Below, in pieces: positions 1 through 8,083 of a DNA stretch of 64,000 nt. Position 1 is the first letter of the stretch. Each line of letters begins with the position of its first letter. The notes under the pieces were generated by a model, which did no database searches, was not told the DNA's origin, and saw only the letters and a list, made by a program, of their open reading frames with translations. Source of the DNA: an uncultured bacterium (GTDB lineage: Bacteria > Patescibacteriota > Patescibacteriia > Patescibacteriales > UBA12465); contig CAJAVM010000001.1 of NCBI GenBank assembly GCA_903945435.1, forward strand, positions 9,071 through 73,070, written 5' to 3'. Position numbers and translations under genes: made by a program.

Positions 1-450
1 TTTATCCATTTCATTCAAAAACATTCTTCGACTATCCCTTAAGCCTTTTTTTAATTTTGGTTTTATCTCTCCTGTAAACTGCTTTAATATCTCAATAACA
101 TCTTTTGGGATATTCCAAAGCTCTACATACTTATCAACCCATCTTTTATCTATTTGGTTAAATCCTTGTGGATTGCTAACTAATTTTACTTGAAGATTTT
201 GAATATCTTCTTGCGATTTTAATTTTATAATAATTCGTACCCTTACTTGAACGTCTGCCTTATAGCTACCAACAACTTTAATAGCTTTTACATACTCAAT
301 ATTATCAAGGGTATAGCCCATAGCGTTCAGCCACGCTTTTGCCATCGCATCAGTTTTCCAGGCGTTAAATTTTTTTATAACATCTGCTTCATTTTTAAAA
401 CCATTTTTTGCTGTTTGCGACCCGCGTTCTACCAGGTTTACTTCGGGCAT
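1..450 (-). CDS. Type II restriction endonuclease, HinP1I/MspI-like, N-terminal 150 codons (3' end lies beyond window start)
   Basis: ORF absent from the supplied track because it runs off the edge. ATG at 450-448, 6 nt downstream of the methyltransferase stop. My translation: MPEVNLVERGSQTAKNGFKNEADVIKKFNAWKTD...VVGSYKADVQVRVRII...IQNLQVKLVSNPQGFNQIDKRWVDKYVELW. The D-x(n)-QVK pattern fits a PD-(D/E)XK core. The N-terminus parallels my recollection of R.HinP1I (LVELGSKTAKDGFKNE ... QVKLVSN..GFNQIDK.W). Confidence 0.7.
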   Translation of the reverse strand, partial: MPEVNLVERGSQTAKNGFKNEADVIKKFNAWKTDAMAKAWLNAMGYTLDNIEYVKAIKVVGSYKADVQVRVRIIIKLKSQEDIQNLQVKLVSNPQGFNQIDKRWVDKYVELWNIPKDVIEILKQFTGEIKPKLKKGLRDSRRMFLNEMDK

Positions 451-456
451 ATTTTT

Positions 457-1434
457 TTAATTACTTATAAAATTTAATAAACTTTGCCCAACCGATTGTA
501 TAGTGCTAACTGTCATGGCGTTTCCAGCCTGACTTAATAAATGAGAATCGATTATTTGTCCCTTGGCTTTTTTTGCTATTTCTTGTGGAAAACCCTGTAA
601 AAGAAGTGATTCAAAACCAGACAATTTTCTAAATTTATTATCTCTTACGTACATTATTCCGTGCCGCCCAGTCCTCAATGTTGGAACACAGCCATCATAT
701 AACCTTAAATCAGATTGTCTTGTATCAATAACGACGCCGTCTTTTTCTAATATCTTTTCGATTTCGTGTTTATTCTTGTTATATTTATTATTTAAATATT
801 TTATAAAAGTATTATACGATTTATGGTCTTTATCAAACTCTAATTTCTCCTTATCCATTAAATACGTTTTAATGTTTGGGGTTTTTATAGGTTCTGGCCA
901 AAAAAATTCTTTATTTTTTTTAACTAAATTTTTTCTCACGCCAACAAAATAAATCCTCTCTCTCATTTGCGGAACGCCATAGTTAAGACTATTTAAAACT
1001 TTATAAAATACTTTATATCCCGCTTTATCTAATTCGTCTAATATAATTCTTAATGATTCTCCTCCTTCATGATTAACTAAACCTTTAACATTTTCTAAAA
1101 TAAAATATTTAAGATTTTTATCTTTCATTATCTTGATAAGCCCATAAATAATTTGTCCCCTTTCGTCTTTCATTCCTTTTCTTTGGCCATTAATTGAAAA
1201 GGATTGGCACGGGAAACCGGCGATCATCATATCAAAATTAGGAAGCTCTTTTGTATTAATTTTCATTAAATCGCCAAAGTTTTGCTCTTCTGCCCCAAAA
1301 AATTTTCTATAAGTTTCTTCTGCGTTTTTGTCTATTTCTGAGAAAGCGAGACAATTTAAGCCTAAATTTTGCAAACCTAAACGCCCAGCCCCAATTCCGG
1401 AACAAAAATCTATAAAGGTTAAATTATTAGGCAT
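457..1434 (-). CDS. DNA (cytosine-5)-methyltransferase
   Basis: 325-aa ORF with the full C5-MTase motif set: FCSGIGAG (I, SAM binding), GFPCQSFS (IV, catalytic PCQ), ENVKGL (VI), QMRERIYFVG (VIII), GNAMTV (X). Confidence 0.95.
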   Translation of the reverse strand: MPNNLTFIDFCSGIGAGRLGLQNLGLNCLAFSEIDKNAEETYRKFFGAEEQNFGDLMKINTKELPNFDMMIAGFPCQSFSINGQRKGMKDERGQIIYGLIKIMKDKNLKYFILENVKGLVNHEGGESLRIILDELDKAGYKVFYKVLNSLNYGVPQMRERIYFVGVRKNLVKKNKEFFWPEPIKTPNIKTYLMDKEKLEFDKDHKSYNTFIKYLNNKYNKNKHEIEKILEKDGVVIDTRQSDLRLYDGCVPTLRTGRHGIMYVRDNKFRKLSGFESLLLQGFPQEIAKKAKGQIIDSHLLSQAGNAMTVSTIQSVGQSLLNFISN

Positions 1435-1535
1435 ATATATTGAAACTAAATTATTTAATATTGTATTTTACTTTTTTAAGTCTAGGAAATCAATAAATTT
1501 GACTTTTACTTAATAATACACCAAAATACTACGTT

Positions 1536-1745
1536 ATGCTAGATAAAAGAATACAGTCTTTGAAAGAAAAACTCAAAGAACAGATAGAATTTGCAAAAGA
1601 CCAATATAATTTGGGCGGGTTTAGTAATGCCGTGTATGGATTTGTTGAAATAATAGAAAATGATCCTGTTATATCTAGATTTGTGAAAATAAAAATAGAC
1701 CAAGAATACGAAGTTCAAAGAAAGACTACAAAGCTGGAAAAATAG
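1536..1745 (+). CDS. hypothetical protein (possibly the 5' part of a frameshifted 257-codon gene)
   Basis: 69-aa ORF with no recognisable motif. It ends at TAG 1743-1745, immediately after an A5 run (1738-1742). The frame of the next ORF is already open from 1679. Confidence 0.4.
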   Translation: MLDKRIQSLKEKLKEQIEFAKDQYNLGGFSNAVYGFVEIIENDPVISRFVKIKIDQEYEVQRKTTKLEK

Positions 1746-1825
1746 ATAATGATACAAAGTTAAGAGCAAACAGCCTTCATAGAGCTAACGCTTTTTGGCA
1801 CGATTACTATTGTCTATTTAAAGAA

Positions 1826-2308
1826 ATGCATGACGTTATTAAAATAGACAAATGCGATGCCTTGGGGATACCGGCTACAAATATATGTGAATCAAATTTA
1901 TTTTGGTATGGTCTTGATGATAGAAATTATCTAGAGTCATTGTCTGCAGAGGAAAGAAGGTTTCAAATTGATGATTTCCAAAAATGTTACCGCTCTCTTA
2001 TAGGATTAATCAATGCCGATCCTATTTTATTAGAAAAAATTGAAAAAGAGTGTAATAATGTAAAAGAATCACCCGAAACAATAAATATTAATAGCGATAA
2101 AAGTGAAACATATTATCAATTCTTATCTCAAACAATTGATAATGATGACACCGGGGCTATAAAAACATTACAAGAAAAAGTTGATATGCGGGTTTATGCT
2201 AAGTATGTGCTTAAAGAAGGAAGCTCCATTGAGAAGCGAGAGTTACTAGCTAATTTGAAGAGTAAAATTATGCTGAAAGACAAAAAATTGACGTTATTTA
2301 AAGAATAG
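1826..2308 (+). CDS. hypothetical protein (possibly the 3' part of a frameshifted gene)
   Basis: 160-aa ORF. Its reading frame is open upstream to 1679 and reads ...IDNDTKLRANSLHRANAFWHDYYCLFKE before the annotated Met. No recognisable motif. Confidence 0.45.
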   Translation: MHDVIKIDKCDALGIPATNICESNLFWYGLDDRNYLESLSAEERRFQIDDFQKCYRSLIGLINADPILLEKIEKECNNVKESPETININSDKSETYYQFLSQTIDNDDTGAIKTLQEKVDMRVYAKYVLKEGSSIEKRELLANLKSKIMLKDKKLTLFKE

Positions 2309-2340
2309 AAATATTTTTTAAAAATTGGTATACTAATGTT

Positions 2341-3234
2341 ATGCCATCACAACAATTAATAAAAATTAAATTTGACGGACAATTACATCAAGTAGATGCG
2401 AATACTTTTATTAATTCTTTGATTAACTTCTGCGAAGTTATAAAACAAGTTAACTCGGAAATAGATTCAGATCACCCAGTTGAAATAAAAATTACCGCCC
2501 TCGAAAAAGGTAGTTTTATTACCGGAATATCACTACAGGCAAAGGATATAATTGACCAATTATTTACTCGGGACAATATTGGGTACCTAGCAGATATGGT
2601 AACTGTGGTAATAGGCTCTTATCAAATAAAGAAGTTTCTCGGTGGTAGCAGACCTACGGAAATAACACAGAAAGGAGATAAAATTGAAATAAAAGATAAT
2701 AAAGGTTCTATTATTTTAATAGATAATAGGACTTATAATATTTACTCAAAAAATCAGGCTGTAAGCGATGCTATTGCAAATAATTTTGCATCTCTTGAGG
2801 AAGATACATCTATATCTAAATTTGAAATATTAGACGACAAAGAGGATGTTATATTTTCTGCAGACAGAGAATCATTTACAGATCTTGCAAAAAAAGTTGA
2901 AGTTGAACAAGAAAATTCAAAAACAACTATAATTTCCGCTAATCTGATTATTTATAAATTAATTTTTGATAAAAATAATAGAAAATGGGAATTTTATTAT
3001 AACGGAAATAAAATTTCAGCAAATGTTATAGATGATGATTTTTTCAAAGAAATTGATCAAGGCAAAGCATTCTCTAAGGGCGATCAATTGACCGTTGATC
3101 TACAAATAAACCAAATATTTGACGATGCTGTAAATGCTTATATAAATCACTCTTATCAAGTAAATAAAGTAACTAGCCACACGCCGAGAGCAACCGCCAA
3201 AAAGTTACCATTCTTATCTAACAGCGAAGAATAA
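2341..3234 (+). CDS. hypothetical protein
   Basis: 297-aa ORF with no recognisable motif. An extended -10-like TGgTATACT at 2326-2334 ends 6 nt before the ATG, so the mRNA may be leaderless. A hairpin terminator follows. Confidence 0.6.
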   Translation: MPSQQLIKIKFDGQLHQVDANTFINSLINFCEVIKQVNSEIDSDHPVEIKITALEKGSFITGISLQAKDIIDQLFTRDNIGYLADMVTVVIGSYQIKKFLGGSRPTEITQKGDKIEIKDNKGSIILIDNRTYNIYSKNQAVSDAIANNFASLEEDTSISKFEILDDKEDVIFSADRESFTDLAKKVEVEQENSKTTIISANLIIYKLIFDKNNRKWEFYYNGNKISANVIDDDFFKEIDQGKAFSKGDQLTVDLQINQIFDDAVNAYINHSYQVNKVTSHTPRATAKKLPFLSNSEE

Positions 3235-3239
3235 TAAAA

Positions 3240-3263
3240 ATCAGCTTACTATAGCTGATTTTT
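3240..3263 (+). terminator. Rho-independent terminator
   Basis: TCAGCT-tactat-AGCTGA hairpin followed by TTTTT, directly after the 3234 stop. Confidence 0.6.
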
Positions 3264-3319
3264 AAATTTACAGTTCTCTATCCCACGTGCCCACAGGTAA
3301 GTGGGTATTTAGAATTTAC

Positions 3320-3343
3320 CAAAAAGCCCCGTAAATACGGGGC
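3320..3343 (-). terminator. Rho-independent terminator downstream of tRNA-Ser
   Basis: GCCCCG-taaata-CGGGGC hairpin with a T5 run on the minus strand (A5 at 3321-3325 on the plus strand). Confidence 0.6.
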
Positions 3344-3372
3344 TCATGGGTCTGTCCGATACTAAATTGTCT

Positions 3373-3462
<90 letters not shown>

Positions 3463-3560
3463 TAATCTATTCAAATTTGTGAATAACTACTTTTTATTTT
3501 ACTGATTTACCAGAAAAATGCAAATATGCTATAATAGAAAGATAATTAACTACAAAAAAT

Positions 3561-3974
3561 ATGCCTATTTTAAACTGGACACAAGAATATTCTGTAGGGG
3601 TAAAGGAGCTTGATGAACAACATCAAAAATTAATGAAGATGCTCAACACATTATTTATTTTATATGAACAAAACAAATTTAATAATGTTGACGTTAACCC
3701 AATATTTCAAGAGTTAAATGATTACGCTAATCTTCATTTTAGTACCGAAGAACATTATTTCAATTTATACAATTATCCTAAAAAAATGGAGCACCTTGCT
3801 ATGCACGAAGTGCACCGCCGAAAAATTACTGAACTTAAAGGCGAATATGATTCCAACAACAGTGCAAAAACTTTATTTGCCATCAGTAATTTCTTAAACG
3901 ACTGGTGGATCTGGCACATCAACAATGCTGATAAAGAATACACATCCTACTTTAACGCTAACGGCTTAAAATAA
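3561..3974 (+). CDS. hemerythrin-like metal-binding protein (bacteriohemerythrin family)
   Basis: 137 aa. The N-terminus W..EYSVGV.ELDEQHQKL, the later HFSTEE.YF and H..H spacing are typical of the hemerythrin cation-binding domain. TGCTATAAT extended -10 at 3527-3535. Confidence 0.8.
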   Translation: MPILNWTQEYSVGVKELDEQHQKLMKMLNTLFILYEQNKFNNVDVNPIFQELNDYANLHFSTEEHYFNLYNYPKKMEHLAMHEVHRRKITELKGEYDSNNSAKTLFAISNFLNDWWIWHINNADKEYTSYFNANGLK

Positions 3975-3978
3975 ACAA

Positions 3979-4009
3979 AAGACCCGACTTACATCGGGTC
4001 TTATTTTTT
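3979..4009. terminator. bidirectional Rho-independent terminator
   Basis: AAGACCCGA-cttaca-TCGGGTCTT hairpin flanked by an A-run and a T-run, between convergent genes ending at 3974 (+) and 4014 (-). Confidence 0.75.
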
Positions 4010-4013
4010 GCGT

Positions 4014-4721
4014 TTATCTCCGCTTCGTCATTTTAGAAAATAATGGCCCATACATATCATCCTCAATACTAATTAATAACTCCTTCGGGCTAATTCTTTC
4101 ACAGTATTCAATTTCGGCTTTTTCAATCAAAGCTAGTGGACGACATTCGCTTCCCTCTCCCATGGTAAATACTGCAGCGGCAGCCAAACTATCAACTACA
4201 TCAACCCGCGAAAATTTAAATTTTCTACCATATATATCTCGCTTACCGCGGTAATCTTTAATAGCGCAAAAACCTGCATATCCAACCCCAACGCCAGTTA
4301 CACCAGCCCTCAAAGGCATTGTACGGCTATCAGTGATGAGAATACCGAGATTCTTAACTTTATATCTCGCTTTTAACTCTTTATGCAATATCTTGGCCGT
4401 TTTAAAGCTATCTTTCGGTAAGAGAATATACTTACCATCAGCATTTGACTCATCAATGCCCGCTGAAGCCATCACCATCCCATCTTTAATCGTTAACCAA
4501 ACATATTTAGTAGGAATAGCTAAATCACTTTCTGCTTTTATTAATTCTTCCTTAGTATAAGAACCATCATCCTCAACTACTCTTCCTTCAGCTAAAGCAA
4601 CTATTTTAGAAGTAATAACCAAAACTGAGCATTCGGGTATTTTTTTAAGATGAGCAACAATAAAATCTATCAGATTATCATTCTCTTTAAAGATTCTAGT
4701 TTTAATTGGCTTAATAATCAT
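4014..4721 (-). CDS. F420-0:gamma-glutamyl ligase (CofE)-like family protein
   Basis: 235 aa. VITSKIVALAEGRVV, ASAGIDESNADG and LGILITDSRTMPLRAGVTGVGVGYAGF match the CofE/FbiB N-terminal-domain pattern. Confidence 0.7.
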   Translation of the reverse strand: MIIKPIKTRIFKENDNLIDFIVAHLKKIPECSVLVITSKIVALAEGRVVEDDGSYTKEELIKAESDLAIPTKYVWLTIKDGMVMASAGIDESNADGKYILLPKDSFKTAKILHKELKARYKVKNLGILITDSRTMPLRAGVTGVGVGYAGFCAIKDYRGKRDIYGRKFKFSRVDVVDSLAAAAVFTMGEGSECRPLALIEKAEIEYCERISPKELLISIEDDMYGPLFSKMTKRR

Positions 4722-4722
4722 A

Positions 4723-5364
4723 TTATTCTGTCTTTTCTTTCAATAAATAAATACCTAAATAAGATAAAGGCGTATATAGAGCGCCCATTAGAACCTTAAA
4801 CAACCACCAAGAAACAATAATACTTATTAAAGTTTTAGTAGGATAAATTCCTGCAAAAGCAATAATCATAAAAACTGCGGAATCAAAGAACTGAGACCAT
4901 AAGTTAGAAAGAAGAGACCTCAACCAAAAAACTTTAATACCCATTTTTTCTTTAAAAAAGAAAAACGATAATACATCTTGATATTCAGCAATTAAAAATG
5001 CGGCCAAAGAGGCAACCGCCAAACGAACTGAGGTTCCAAAAACTTGAGCATAACCTTCTTTCAGCCAATTACCATCAGGCGACCATGGTAGCGCTAACGA
5101 TAAAAAAGAATAAGCAATAAACAAGGCCGTACTAATGAATCCGGCCAAAACAAAGAGTTTAGCGACGCGGCGACCATAAACTTCACCGACAACATCAGTC
5201 ATTAAAAAAACTATCGGAAACGAAAAAACAGCCACTGATAGATGCGAACCAAAAAGAAAAGGCATCATTTTTAATCCCAAAGTATTGGCCGCTAAAAGTG
5301 AGGTCAAATATAAAACTAAGGCAATAAACAATTTTTTAAAGGCTCGTTCAGAAAGATTCATCAT
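4723..5364 (-). CDS. yhhQ: queuosine-precursor transporter, YhhQ/VUT (DUF165) family
   Basis: 213 aa, polytopic. The FPIVFLMTDVVGEVYGRR motif and the later QFFDS are typical of YhhQ. Confidence 0.7.
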   Translation of the reverse strand: MMNLSERAFKKLFIALVLYLTSLLAANTLGLKMMPFLFGSHLSVAVFSFPIVFLMTDVVGEVYGRRVAKLFVLAGFISTALFIAYSFLSLALPWSPDGNWLKEGYAQVFGTSVRLAVASLAAFLIAEYQDVLSFFFFKEKMGIKVFWLRSLLSNLWSQFFDSAVFMIIAFAGIYPTKTLISIIVSWWLFKVLMGALYTPLSYLGIYLLKEKTE

Positions 5365-5397
5365 AATTTTTATTTAAACTTTATTACAAATAACTTT

Positions 5398-7104
5398 TTA
5401 TCTAATAACATCAATTATCACATAACCATTCTGATTATAAACCTGACGAAAATTATTAGACAAGAAAAGTTTTTTATCAAACTTAATTTCTTTTTCTTCT
5501 ATACCTTCAATTATTTTATCTAAATGAAAATATAAATAATAGCTTTCTTTATCACTATAAAAAATAAATCTTTCGAGTTCGCCATAAGGGCAATTCTTAA
5601 TCTTACTATACAATTCATCCCCAGACTGCGAATTAGCTAAAGCCTGTACATACTCATAACGTTTCGAAAATATAGCACCAGGATTATTGTTATGCTGATT
5701 AAAATAAAGCAAATGATTAATAGGTAAAAAGGCAGTAATTTGCGGGGTGGTATGCAAGGTTAATCTTGAGCTTACTAATTTATCTTGCGTTAAATAATTA
5801 ATCAAATCCACAACAGCCTGGTTCGCCTTTCTTGATTCTACGCGTCGCATACGCACAATTGGGTCATCTACAAAAAAGCCAAAAATAGACTGCGAGGCAA
5901 AATACATAACACCAATCACACAAACTACTGCATAAACATTTTTATTATCATTAATTTTAAAATACAGGAATATTCTTTCAAATCCATAAGCGGCTGCAAT
6001 TGTTAGAATTACTGGGGACCACACATAAAAACCGCGGAACTCTTGAAAAGGCGTCTTAAATATCAACAACATGGCCATACCAATTCCCCACCAGATAAAA
6101 GCGACTAATAATAAACATCCTAATTGTTTAATAAAAATACGCTGACGATATAAAATTAAAACTCCTAGACCAAACAATAAAATTAAACTATTAATTCCAT
6201 TCAATTGAAACATTGGTAGCCAAAGATTCAAACCACTAGGAGTAAAAAAAGATGTTTGCCAGCTCTCCATGCCATTTTTTATATAATTTACAATCATTGG
6301 CACTAAAAATGGTAAAGCTACTACTAAAGCAACTAGCATCGTCTTAAAAAGAACAAAAAAGTATTGGAACAGCTTCTTGCTGTTATCTTTAAAGCCTAAA
6401 ATAAATAAAGCTATGGCCGCAAAAATAAGCCACAGATAATAAACCATAAATATTATCCCGGCGATTAATCCATGTATTAAAATCTGTTTATTATTTAACT
6501 TACCCGAAATGATTTTAATATATAAACTGATATACCAGAACATAGTCGCGACGGCGGTAATAATTTCATATGGTTTTCCAAACAGTAAATCTTTATCCAA
6601 GACTGTAATAACTAATAAAGGAACTAAAAACATAAACATCGCTCCGGGCATCTTTTCTCCAAATATACCCAAAGTCTTTTCTCGCAAAAGATATTTTTGA
6701 AAATAATATAAAGCAAGTGGGAAAAAAAGAAAAAAAGAAAAAGCAGCTAATTTAAAAATTACAATCCCATTTAAATTAAACAATTTCCCAATAAAACTAA
6801 AAATCCAGAAAAATGCTGGGGGATAAAATGGTGGTAAATTATGATATGCAAAATCTGCCCCAAAGCCAACATGAGCAAATGCATTATACATCGCGGCGAT
6901 TGTTATTTCGTCGCCCTGTAAACCCCAAAATGGTAATTGCAAGTTATTCATCAACAAAAAATAAGAAGTGGCTGAAATTATACCAGTTAAACCTAAAAAA
7001 TAAATAGGATTCTTTCTCTTAAAAATTAAATAAAAAGAAACTGCTATAAACAAAAGCAGTAATAATTTAATCCCAACCAAAATTTGTATATCTAAAAAAT
7101 TCAT
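5398..7104 (-). CDS. polytopic membrane protein, possible GT-C-type glycosyltransferase
   Basis: The 589-aa ORF is trimmed to MNFLDIQILV (ATG at 7104), which avoids overlap with the GtrA gene. At least 10 hydrophobic segments precede a soluble C-terminal domain. The function is inferred only from topology and the GtrA neighbour. Confidence 0.4.
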   Translation of the reverse strand: MNFLDIQILVGIKLLLLLFIAVSFYLIFKRKNPIYFLGLTGIISATSYFLLMNNLQLPFWGLQGDEITIAAMYNAFAHVGFGADFAYHNLPPFYPPAFFWIFSFIGKLFNLNGIVIFKLAAFSFFLFFPLALYYFQKYLLREKTLGIFGEKMPGAMFMFLVPLLVITVLDKDLLFGKPYEIITAVATMFWYISLYIKIISGKLNNKQILIHGLIAGIIFMVYYLWLIFAAIALFILGFKDNSKKLFQYFFVLFKTMLVALVVALPFLVPMIVNYIKNGMESWQTSFFTPSGLNLWLPMFQLNGINSLILLFGLGVLILYRQRIFIKQLGCLLLVAFIWWGIGMAMLLIFKTPFQEFRGFYVWSPVILTIAAAYGFERIFLYFKINDNKNVYAVVCVIGVMYFASQSIFGFFVDDPIVRMRRVESRKANQAVVDLINYLTQDKLVSSRLTLHTTPQITAFLPINHLLYFNQHNNNPGAIFSKRYEYVQALANSQSGDELYSKIKNCPYGELERFIFYSDKESYYLYFHLDKIIEGIEEKEIKFDKKLFLSNNFRQVYNQNGYVIIDVIR

Positions 7105-7105
7105 A

Positions 7106-7519
7106 TTAAATTTCTTTATAAACCCAATGTTTGTAAACAATGAAGTTAAACGTAAACAAGAGACCAATAGATAAAACCCTCACTAACATATAATCTATAC
7201 CAATTACGTCATAAAGCAAGTACATCAAAAGAATCGAAGCAAAATAATTAAAAGCGACTAAAACAATATAACGACCAAATTGTTTAATGGGTTTTTGTTT
7301 TGTTTGAAATGACCAATACTTATTTAATAAAAAATTATAAATAATAATAAAAATTTGATTAATTGCGACTGCCCAAACTGGATAAAGATGAGCCCTCTCC
7401 GTTAAAATAAAAAGTAAACTAATATCTATCAGGGCAGAACTAGAACCGACAACCATAAACTTAATAATTTGATTTTGGGCTTTAAGAATATAGCTTTTTA
7501 ATTTTGATATATAACCCAT
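7106..7519 (-). CDS. GtrA-family membrane protein
   Basis: 137 aa with four TM segments. KFMVVGSSSALIDISLLF ... NFLLNKYWSF is the GtrA-like signature. Confidence 0.75.
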   Translation of the reverse strand: MGYISKLKSYILKAQNQIIKFMVVGSSSALIDISLLFILTERAHLYPVWAVAINQIFIIIYNFLLNKYWSFQTKQKPIKQFGRYIVLVAFNYFASILLMYLLYDVIGIDYMLVRVLSIGLLFTFNFIVYKHWVYKEI

Positions 7520-7565
7520 AGCTCTTAAAAAGACGCATCGTTGATTAACTTTATATAACTTAACT

Positions 7566-8006
7566 TTATACGACTAAGCCATTCTTAATAACTTCAGATA
7601 CTCTATTAAGCTCAGCTCGAGGAATTGCTGGTAAATTATCAGCCGTAAAAATAATTTTTCCGTTTTTAATCTTAGCCATTTTACTATTAGTAATATCCGT
7701 TGAGCAACGCTGAGGAATAATAATAAAATGGGCATGAGAAACGCCATACCCATGAACTGCGAACCCCATTCTTTCAGGATGCAAAGTTTCTCGGATTTTC
7801 CTTGATATTCGATGAGCTTTGATAAATATTTCTGTAGCCAAATCTTCTGGAATATCGGAAAAATGATCAATATGTTCTTTAGGGATGACTAAAACCTGAC
7901 CTTCATTTACTGGATGTAAATCCATAAAAGCTAAAATATGATCATCTTCATAAACTTTACTCGACTCTACTTCCCCGGCAATAATTTTGCAAAAGATACA
8001 GTTCAT
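7566..8006 (-). CDS. HIT-family (histidine triad) protein
   Basis: MNCIFCKIIAGE..SKVYEDDHILAFMDLHPVNEGQVLVIPKEH plus the histidine-triad-like GVSHAHFIIIP. Confidence 0.85.
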   Translation of the reverse strand: MNCIFCKIIAGEVESSKVYEDDHILAFMDLHPVNEGQVLVIPKEHIDHFSDIPEDLATEIFIKAHRISRKIRETLHPERMGFAVHGYGVSHAHFIIIPQRCSTDITNSKMAKIKNGKIIFTADNLPAIPRAELNRVSEVIKNGLVV

Positions 8007-8083
8007 ATAATTTAAGATAAAAATGATTAAAATGGTTAAAACTGGTAATTTAATTATAACATATCGGCCCCAACTTGGCTCAT

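Noticed and set aside
247-952. Plus-strand ORFs 247-477 and 563-952 (and 1328-1513).
   Set aside because: They lie antisense to the endonuclease and C5-methyltransferase genes, which carry unmistakable motifs. Their translations are low-complexity and Phe/Leu/Ile-rich, as expected for the antisense of AT-rich coding DNA.
1539-1769. Minus-strand 76-aa ORF.
   Set aside because: It is antisense to the 1536-1745 ORF. Its sequence is a hydrophobic run typical of antisense frames, and there is no promoter or terminator context.
7574-7870. 98-aa ORF in another frame inside the HIT gene.
   Set aside because: It is fully nested in a gene with a clear HIT-family signature, and its composition is unremarkable.
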